This document shows, one piece after another, positions 34,765 through 41,475 of a DNA stretch of 41,475 bases. Position 1 is the first letter of the stretch; each line of letters starts with the position of its first letter. This DNA comes from a virus (Duplodnaviria; Caudoviricetes): positions 1 to 41,475 of the IMG/VR virus record IMGVR_UViG_3300037761_000092, one strand, 5' to 3'. The notes under the pieces were generated by a model that did not search any database, had not been told where the DNA came from, and saw only the letters and a list, made by a program, of their open reading frames with translations. Both the position numbers and the translations under genes were made by a program.

Positions 34765-36269
34765 TGCCGAAGCAGTACGGATACGCCACCAAGCGGGTTG
34801 CGAACGCAGCTCCTGGGCCGTGGAAGACGTGGCCCAAGACGCTCTCTCGGTGGGGACGGGCCATCCGCTTCCTCGAGACCTACTGCCGAGCGCCAAAGGG
34901 CGAGGGTCATGGCCGGCCGCTCAAACTGGCGATGGAACAGAAGGAGTTTCTGGAAGAAGCTCTAGCCGACGGTGTGGATCTCGCCATGCTCGGAACGCCG
35001 AGAGGTAATGGCAAGTCGACCTTCGGCGGTGGGCTCGGAGCGTGGGCCGTCTTTGATGATGACGAGACAGGTGCTCCACAAGTTCCTATCGTCGCCACGA
35101 CCGTAGGACAGGCGATCCGCTCCTGTTACGGCGTCGGCGTCTCGATGATAAAGGCCGAGCCGGAACTCCTGTCGCGGGCGCTGATCTACACCGGCATCGC
35201 CACTCCGAGGGTGGTGGTGCCCTTCAACGAAGGCGAGCTGTTCCCGATCTCCAATGACCCGGATGGATTGCAGGGCCTCGACTACTCCCTGTCCATCGTG
35301 GATGAGATCGGGTTTCAGCCCATCGAGTCGTGGAACTCGCTACGCATGGCATCTGGCAAGCGGTCGCGCTCCCTTGCGATCGGGGTGGGAACGCCTGGCC
35401 TGGAGCGCAACAACGCCCTCGCGCATATCCGCAAGGTGCTCAAAGAAGGCGGCGAACTACCGGGCCTGTATTTCAAGGAATACGCAGCTCCCGATGGATG
35501 CGACATCAACGACCGCGAGGCGTGGAGAGTCGCCAACTTCGCCATCGGTGCCGGGTTCCTGCGCGAATCAGCCTTGGAGACGGACGTGGGTATCACGCCC
35601 GAGGGCCACTTCCGTATCTTCCGTCTGGGCCAGCACTACGACGGCGTTGACTCCTGGCTCGGACCGAACGGACGCCCGATGTGGGATGCGCTGCACGACA
35701 CCTACGACTTCGTATCAGGCGCTCCGACGTGGGTCGGGGTGGACGTTGCTATTCAGCGTGACTCAACCGCCGTAGTGGCGATCCAGCGCGACGACAAGGG
35801 GATGCTGCGGGCCACCTGCCGGATGTGGGTGCCGACCAAGGACGAGCCGGTCGACGTGACCGACGTGATGGAGCATCTACGCGAACTGGATCGGGCCTAC
35901 GACGTGAAAGCAGTCAGCTACGACCCACGCTTCTTCGATGTGCCGGCCAAGATGCTCCACGACGACGGGCTGCCGATGGTGCGGGTAGATCAGTCCGTCG
36001 AGCGTATGACGCCGATCTGCGGAACGCTGCTCGAACTCATCAAGCGCGGCGAGATCCGCCACGACGGGGACGAAGCTCTCGCGACCCACGTCCTCAATGC
36101 CGTGCCTCGTTTCAACGAGCGGGGCTTCACCCTCCAGAAGTCCAAGAGCCGGGGAAAGATCGACGGCGCGATTGCCCTCGCCCTGGCTGTCGATCGCGCC
36201 ATCCGAACCGAAGGCCAGCGCAAGCCCTCCAAGTACAACGACCCATCCAAGAGGCTCGTCGTCGCATGA
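34764..36269 (+). CDS. terL: terminase large subunit
   Basis: PRGNGKS Walker A, IVDE Walker B, GVDVA..RDST, KIDGAIAL. Confidence 0.95.
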   Translation: MPKQYGYATKRVANAAPGPWKTWPKTLSRWGRAIRFLETYCRAPKGEGHGRPLKLAMEQKEFLEEALADGVDLAMLGTPRGNGKSTFGGGLGAWAVFDDDETGAPQVPIVATTVGQAIRSCYGVGVSMIKAEPELLSRALIYTGIATPRVVVPFNEGELFPISNDPDGLQGLDYSLSIVDEIGFQPIESWNSLRMASGKRSRSLAIGVGTPGLERNNALAHIRKVLKEGGELPGLYFKEYAAPDGCDINDREAWRVANFAIGAGFLRESALETDVGITPEGHFRIFRLGQHYDGVDSWLGPNGRPMWDALHDTYDFVSGAPTWVGVDVAIQRDSTAVVAIQRDDKGMLRATCRMWVPTKDEPVDVTDVMEHLRELDRAYDVKAVSYDPRFFDVPAKMLHDDGLPMVRVDQSVERMTPICGTLLELIKRGEIRHDGDEALATHVLNAVPRFNERGFTLQKSKSRGKIDGAIALALAVDRAIRTEGQRKPSKYNDPSKRLVVA

Positions 36270-36457
36270 ACTTTCCGAAGATCGCCACCGATGACCTCGT
36301 GCTGTTCGGCAGCCTCGCCCTTGCCTCCATAGGGGCTGCCCTGGTAACGGCCGGGACGACCAGCGACAGCCTGCTCGCCTTCGGAGTGGCGCTGCTCGTG
36401 TTCGGGCTGCCGTCAGCCCTCATCGCCTTCATGGCTGCGGCCGAGGAACCTAAGTGA
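36266..36457 (+). CDS. small two-TM protein between terL and portal
   Basis: hydrophobic, coupled on both sides. Confidence 0.6.
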   Translation: MNFPKIATDDLVLFGSLALASIGAALVTAGTTSDSLLAFGVALLVFGLPSALIAFMAAAEEPK

Positions 36458-37845
36458 GCATCGCAGGCCGCGCCGCCAAGACCGTTACCTGGACCTTCGA
36501 CACCACCGTCAGCCCCGACAACGACATCATCCGCGAGCGGGTGCTGCTGAACGGAGCCGGCGGGGTGTGGAACGGGTCGAGCATCACGGTCGACAAGGCG
36601 ATGGGCTTTATCCCGGTCATGGCCGCCATCCGCGTCATCTCCGAGACGATCAGCTCGCTTCCGTTGCAGGTGTTCGAGCGGCTGGAGCAGGGCAAGCGCC
36701 TCGCGCCCGAGCATCGGCTGTACTCGATGCTGCACGACTCGCCCAACCCCGAAATGACCTCCATGACCTTCCGAGAGGTGATGCAGAGCCACATCGAGTC
36801 GTGGGGCAACGCCTACGCCGAAATCGAGTACGACACCGACGGCTTTCCGCTGAACCTGTGGCCGCTGCGTCCCAGCGACATGACGGTCTACCGGATCGAC
36901 GGGGAACTGGTGTACCTGTACCGCACCGCGGACGGCGAGGAGAAGCGCCTCAATCGACGCAACGTGTTCCACATCCCCGGACTGGGGTATGACGGCCGCA
37001 TCGGATACTCGCCGATCCATATGGCCCGACGCGGGATCGCGCTAGGGATCGCGGTCGAGGAGTTCGCCGGCCGCTTCTACGACAACGATGCGCGACCGGG
37101 TATTGCCATCACCCTCGGCCCGGAGTTCGACTACGACGACGACGCCAAGAAGCGCCTAGCCGAGTCCTTCGACGCCACCCATACGGGACTGACGAATAAG
37201 CACCGCACCGCCGTCCTCGATGAAGGCATGGGTCTCGAGGAGATCGGTTGGCCGCCCGAACTCGGCAAACTGGTCGGGGACTCCCAGAAGTGGACGATCC
37301 CGACCGTCAGCCGCGTGTTCAACCTGTCGCCCCACATGCTGCATGACCTCGAACGTGCGACCTTCTCAAACATCGAGGAGCAGGGCATCAACGTCACGAC
37401 CTACCAGTTCCGCCCGCGGACGGTGCGGTGGGACCAGCAGATCAAGCTCCAGCTCATGCGCGAGGACGCAAGGCACTTCGCCGAGCACAACCTCGACGGC
37501 CTTCTGCGCGGCAAGCTCGAAGATCGCATGAAGTCCTACTGGCAGATGTTCCAGATGGGCGCGATCACGCCGAACGAGATCCGGGCCAGTGAGAACCGCA
37601 ACCACCGTGACGACCCCGATGGCGATACGTTCTACGTCCCGGTCAACATCGCCCCGGTCAGCGAGGAGGCCGAGATTCCGGTTCTGCCGCCGCTGCAACT
37701 CGCCACGCGATCAGCCAAATCCATCGAGGACCGCGCCAAGATCGCGGACAAATACCGCCCCCTGTTCGAACGCGTCACACGCCAACTGATCGAGTTCGAG
37801 TCCGAGCAGGTGCTCGCGGAGGCTGAACGCCAGGCGGTGGCGTGA
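36454..37845 (+). CDS. HK97-family portal protein
   Basis: ISSLPL, PNPEMT, GNAY, GYSPI, ATFSNIEEQ, TPNEIR. Confidence 0.95.
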   Translation: MSIAGRAAKTVTWTFDTTVSPDNDIIRERVLLNGAGGVWNGSSITVDKAMGFIPVMAAIRVISETISSLPLQVFERLEQGKRLAPEHRLYSMLHDSPNPEMTSMTFREVMQSHIESWGNAYAEIEYDTDGFPLNLWPLRPSDMTVYRIDGELVYLYRTADGEEKRLNRRNVFHIPGLGYDGRIGYSPIHMARRGIALGIAVEEFAGRFYDNDARPGIAITLGPEFDYDDDAKKRLAESFDATHTGLTNKHRTAVLDEGMGLEEIGWPPELGKLVGDSQKWTIPTVSRVFNLSPHMLHDLERATFSNIEEQGINVTTYQFRPRTVRWDQQIKLQLMREDARHFAEHNLDGLLRGKLEDRMKSYWQMFQMGAITPNEIRASENRNHRDDPDGDTFYVPVNIAPVSEEAEIPVLPPLQLATRSAKSIEDRAKIADKYRPLFERVTRQLIEFESEQVLAEAERQAVA

Positions 37846-38402
37846 TCGACTGGCTGGAGGAGTTCTACGGCGATGCGCTGAGAGGCTCCCTGCTGGCAGC
37901 CCTCGGTCCCTTGTTCACCCGCTACGCCGCCGAAGTGTGGAAGGCCGAGGGCGGTACCGGCAGCCCGCCGGCCGCATTCGTCCAAGCCCTTGCCGAAGGC
38001 TACGCGGACCATCACCTCAACTCGTCGCGCATCCAGCTCCAGGAGATCGTCAAGGAATCGGGGCAGGACCGAGCTCTCGAAGCGATCCGCGAACGTCTGG
38101 CGGAATGGGCCGACAAGCGCCCCGCCAAGGTCGCTGCGAACGAAACGGTGAGGACGGCCAACGCCATCGCCGTCGAGCAGATGCGCTCCGAGGGCGTCGT
38201 CACCAAACGCTGGCAGTCGTCAGGTGGGGCGTGTCCGTACTGCTCCAGCCTCGATGGGACGGCCGTCGAGATCGAGCGCCCGTTCTTCACTCCCGACGAT
38301 TCATACCAGCCCGAAGGGGCTGAGACACCGCTGACCTTCACCTCGGAGATCGGCGCACCACCCGTCCACCAAGGCTGCGCGTGTTCCGTAGTGGCCGGAT
38401 AG
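37842..38402 (+). CDS. MuF/SPP1 gp7-like minor head protein
   Basis: NETVR...KRW...CPYC..LDG...PPVHQGCAC. Confidence 0.8.
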   Translation: MIDWLEEFYGDALRGSLLAALGPLFTRYAAEVWKAEGGTGSPPAAFVQALAEGYADHHLNSSRIQLQEIVKESGQDRALEAIRERLAEWADKRPAKVAANETVRTANAIAVEQMRSEGVVTKRWQSSGGACPYCSSLDGTAVEIERPFFTPDDSYQPEGAETPLTFTSEIGAPPVHQGCACSVVAG

Positions 38403-38421
38403 CAAGAGGAACTCACTTGCC

Positions 38422-39339
38422 ATGACTGATACCAAGAGCCCCCTTCACGGTGCCGCCGAGTGGGGTAAGAAGATGGCGGAAGACTTCGCCGCCGGAATCC
38501 GAGGCGAGTCTCCGATGGCGGTCAAGTTCGCTGACGGCTCGGACCACATCATCGAAGGCATCGGTATCCCATTCGGTGGCCCGCTGGCCGGTAAGGACAT
38601 CCAGGGTGAGGCGTTCACCAAGTCAACCGACTTCTGCCTCGACTGGTTCGAGAAGCGGCCCCTGCTGTACGACCACGCCCTCAACGGCACGATCAAGACC
38701 TACAAGGTCGGCGACGTGTTCCAAGCAGAGACCCAGGATGCCGGCGTGTTCGTCAAGGCCGAGCTCAACAAGCGCGGCCGCTACTACAACATCGTGTCCA
38801 AGCTGATCGAGCAGAACGCGCTCGGCTTCTCGTCAGGCGCCGTACCGTACCTCGTCCAGCAGGACGCCCAGAAGAACATCACCCGCTGGCCGTGGTTCGA
38901 GCTCTCGCTCACCACGACTCCAGCCAACCCGGATGCGGTGGTCTACGCGGTCAAGGCGGCTGACGCCCTCGACCACTTCGACGCCGCCAACATCGACATC
39001 CCCGCCCCCGTCGAGGCCGCCCTCAAGGCGTTCGATGAGTGGGCCAATGAGCAGACCCCCGAGACCCCGGAATCGGAGTCTTACGCCGACATGTCCCAGC
39101 GGGTACTAGCTGAGATCAAGGCATGGGTCGAGTTCACGGAGGCCCGAGTGGACTTCCGTGCCAAGTCCGGCCGCGAACTGTCCAAGGCCAACATCGAATC
39201 GCTCAGGGAGGCGCACCGCATCATCGGTGGCCTGCTTGAGCGGGCCGACAAGCCTTCGCAGGACGAGGCCGAGGCTGCCAAGAGTGTCGCGGAGTACCTG
39301 CGCCTCGAAGCAATCCAGTTGGGCATGACGCCCGATTGA
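38422..39339 (+). CDS. HK97-type prohead protease with C-terminal extension
   Basis: LLYDH, GFSSG, ELSLTTTPANP; K.GR.LS..N tail. Confidence 0.88.
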   Translation: MTDTKSPLHGAAEWGKKMAEDFAAGIRGESPMAVKFADGSDHIIEGIGIPFGGPLAGKDIQGEAFTKSTDFCLDWFEKRPLLYDHALNGTIKTYKVGDVFQAETQDAGVFVKAELNKRGRYYNIVSKLIEQNALGFSSGAVPYLVQQDAQKNITRWPWFELSLTTTPANPDAVVYAVKAADALDHFDAANIDIPAPVEAALKAFDEWANEQTPETPESESYADMSQRVLAEIKAWVEFTEARVDFRAKSGRELSKANIESLREAHRIIGGLLERADKPSQDEAEAAKSVAEYLRLEAIQLGMTPD

Positions 39340-39361
39340 CCTAACCCAACCCCCGCATACC

Positions 39362-39386
39362 GAGCCCGCCGAGAGGTGGGTTCTTT
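39362..39386 (+). terminator. hairpin plus short T-run upstream of MCP (attenuator or stabiliser)
   Basis: GAGCCCGCC-GAGA-GGTGGGTTC-TTT. Confidence 0.4.
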
Positions 39387-39400
39387 GGAGTACCCCAGAA

Positions 39401-40618
39401 ATGTCCACGACCCTTGTCGAGAAGCAGCAGGCTCTCGACGCCGCACGCCGCGAGGCGAGCGAGTTCTACGCTGCCAACCCGACCGAGAAGATCGCGGCCG
39501 ACGCGACCCTCAAGGACCAGGCCAAGCAGCACAACATGAAGATGTCCGACCTCCACGATGAGGTCGCTGACCTCCAGGAGATCGAGAACGGCCAGAAGGC
39601 CGCCAACGAGGGCCGCAAGTCGGCTGGCCGCGTTGTCACCGAAGACGACGGCGAGGTCAACACGAGCGCCACCAAGGCGTTCGATGCCGACGACGCATGG
39701 GCTTCGAGCGACGGCCTCAAGTCCCTCCAGAAGACCGGCGCCGACAAGTTCCGCGGCACCGTGGAGCTGGTCAGCTACCCGTCGTTCAAGGCGTTGCTCA
39801 CCCTCGCCGACCTGACCCCGCAGAGTCAGCGCCTCCCGTTGGTCCAGTCCGCGCAGGACGAGACGACGGTCGGCGACCTGATGCTCCAGGGCACGACCGA
39901 TTCCAACGTCATCTCGTACTACGAGGAGACGACCTTCACCAACGCCGCCGCAACGGTGACGGAAGGCGAAGCCAAGCTGGAGTCGACGCTGGACTTCACC
40001 GAGCGTACGTCCACGGTGCGGAAGATCGCCACGTGGATTCCGGCCACCTCCGAGTTCCTCGAGGACAACGCGGGCATCCGCTCGTACATCGAGGGCCGGC
40101 TGCGCTTCATGGTGGAGCGCGCGGAGGAGAATCAGCTCCTCAACGGAGACGGCAACGCGCCGAACATCTCCGGCATCCTGGATCACTCGATCCAGTCGGT
40201 GACCTCGACCAACGACCTCGACGCGATCTACCACGCCATCACGGAAGTCCGGGTGGATGGTCAGGCCGAGCCGACGGCGGCGGTCTTCCATCCGCTGAGC
40301 TGGCAGAACCTTCGGCTGGCGAAGAATGCGGACGACATCTACTACGGGCCCGGCCCGTTCAATCCCGACAACGTGGAGCGCATCTGGGGCCTGCCCGTGC
40401 GAATCACTCCGCTCATCGCGGAGGGCACGGCTCTGGTCGGTGCCTTCCGGCCGTTCGCGCAGGTGTTCCGCAAGGGCGGCATCCGCGTCGTGGCCTCGAC
40501 GGAGCACGCTTCGTACTTCATCGAGAACAAGGTCGCCATTCTCGCCGAGGAGCGGCTGGCGCTCGCGGTCTATCGGCCCGCGGCTTTCTGTAAAGTGACG
40601 GGGCTCGCTTCTAGCTAG
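39401..40618 (+). CDS. HK97-fold major capsid protein
   Basis: N-terminal delta domain; EGEAK.ES, RKIA.W, QLLNGDG, AEERLALAVYRP.AF. Confidence 0.97.
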   Translation: MSTTLVEKQQALDAARREASEFYAANPTEKIAADATLKDQAKQHNMKMSDLHDEVADLQEIENGQKAANEGRKSAGRVVTEDDGEVNTSATKAFDADDAWASSDGLKSLQKTGADKFRGTVELVSYPSFKALLTLADLTPQSQRLPLVQSAQDETTVGDLMLQGTTDSNVISYYEETTFTNAAATVTEGEAKLESTLDFTERTSTVRKIATWIPATSEFLEDNAGIRSYIEGRLRFMVERAEENQLLNGDGNAPNISGILDHSIQSVTSTNDLDAIYHAITEVRVDGQAEPTAAVFHPLSWQNLRLAKNADDIYYGPGPFNPDNVERIWGLPVRITPLIAEGTALVGAFRPFAQVFRKGGIRVVASTEHASYFIENKVAILAEERLALAVYRPAAFCKVTGLASS

Positions 40619-40634
40619 TCACCGGTCTAACTAG

Positions 40635-40675
40635 TACAATGGGCGGGTAAGTCCGCATCGGGTTACCCGCCCATG
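40635..40675 (+). promoter_or_regulatory. -10 box plus hairpin occluding the HNH start codon
   Basis: TACAAT 40635; ATGGGCGGGTAA(40639-50)/TTACCCGCCCAT(40663-74). Confidence 0.7.
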
Positions 40676-41167
40676 ACAACCCCTCGTCCCAAGCGCCGAA
40701 CCGGTCGCGAGAAGCCCTGCCACCAGTGCGGAAAGATGATCTACGCATCGGCGTGGCAAGAACGGAAGGGGCAGGGAAAGTTCTGCTCCATCGACTGCAA
40801 GAACGAGTCGATGCGCCTCCAGGGACCGGGCGCCGCGTTCAAGCGTCCCGACGGCTACGTGATGATCTACTACCCCAAGCATCCAGACGCCGGAGGCAGG
40901 AAGTTCGTCCTAGAACACCGCCTCGTCATGGAGCAGAAGATCGGCCGTCGCTTGCTCAAGACCGAGCACGTCAACCACATCAACCATGTTCGGGACGACA
41001 ACCGGCCCGAGAACCTGATGCTCATCAATGCCAGTGACCATGCCCGCGAAACGGCTGCCTGGAGCGTTGTACAGCGCAAGCGAGCGCGTGAACGGCTCCG
41101 GGCGTTGGAAATGGAAGTCGCGGAATATCACCGTCGGTACGGACCACTAGAGGGTTTCACTCCATGA
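40673..41167 (+). CDS. free-standing HNH homing endonuclease
   Basis: DGY...VLEHRLVME..IGR.L...EHVNHINHVRDDNRPENL. Confidence 0.9.
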   Translation: MTTPRPKRRTGREKPCHQCGKMIYASAWQERKGQGKFCSIDCKNESMRLQGPGAAFKRPDGYVMIYYPKHPDAGGRKFVLEHRLVMEQKIGRRLLKTEHVNHINHVRDDNRPENLMLINASDHARETAAWSVVQRKRARERLRALEMEVAEYHRRYGPLEGFTP

Positions 41168-41394
41168 CCGACAACGTGTATCTCAACAAGGACCGGACGG
41201 CGGTCGTGTCCGAGTTCGCGGCCGGTAAGAAGTGGCAGGTGCCACGCGCCGAAGCCGTCCGTCTCGGGCTGCTGGACTCACCCGACAAGCCGGTTCAGGC
41301 ACGACGGGCTCCGGCCTTCGATGCCAGCGCCGCGGTGGCACCCACCGACAAGCCCAAGCAGAAGCGCCGCTCCGCGCCCCGAAAGAAGAAGTAA
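41164..41394 (+). CDS. small post-capsid protein with basic tail
   Basis: A.RLGL motif common after capsid genes; duplicated at 1-46. Confidence 0.6.
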   Translation: MTDNVYLNKDRTAVVSEFAAGKKWQVPRAEAVRLGLLDSPDKPVQARRAPAFDASAAVAPTDKPKQKRRSAPRKKK

Positions 41395-41475
41395 GCCATG
41401 AGCCTCGTCGCCCTCGCCAGCGCCCAAGCCCGCGCCGGGTCAGCCGTCACGCAGGAGATGATCGACGGGGTAGAG
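41349..41475. repeat. terminal overlap copy of 1-127
   Basis: direct identity with the window start. Confidence 0.97.

Noticed and set aside
39341-40507. Long minus-strand ORFs (also 9114-10274, 7359-8330, 6501-7352, 31628-32407, 32548-33387)
   Set aside because: Shadow frames of high-GC3 genes on the + strand; no motifs
1-41475. tRNA genes, stop-codon recoding, self-cleaving ribozymes
   Set aside because: No cloverleaf or ribozyme core noticed by eye, and core genes end normally at TAG, TGA or TAA; a tRNAscan/Infernal run is needed to be sure

Overview
Complete, circularly assembled genome of about 41.35 kb (bases 1-127 repeat at 41349-41475) of a high-GC tailed phage with an HK97-type head and a siphovirus-type tail. 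Genes are mostly on the + strand, in this order: head-tail and tail genes (50-10946), an opposite-strand O-acyltransferase (OafA/acyltransferase-3), a divergent repressor/Cro-like switch (about 12.0-12.75 kb), an early/replication region with many small ORFs (exonuclease, replication initiator with iterons, adenine methylase, HTH regulators), a late/lysis region (RlpA-like protein, M23 endolysin, holin-like proteins), four glycosyl/phosphotransferase genes, then HNH, TerL, portal, MuF, protease and major capsid. I found no integrase, partition genes, recognisable small terminase, tRNA or CRISPR. Three things stand out. (1) The late glycosyltransferase cluster goes with capsid and tail-tube proteins that both end in TG-x-(A)-SS, which suggests virion glycosylation with a TagF-like step. 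(2) Several structured leader RNAs have hairpin loops complementary to flanking sequence or to a Shine-Dalgarno, in front of the replication gene, an antisense gene and HNH genes. (3) A temperate-style switch exists without an integrase. The host is unknown; high GC, an M23 lysin and an LPxTA motif suggest Actinomycetota or Chloroflexota (inference only). All protein family calls come from motif recognition by eye, not from database searches.
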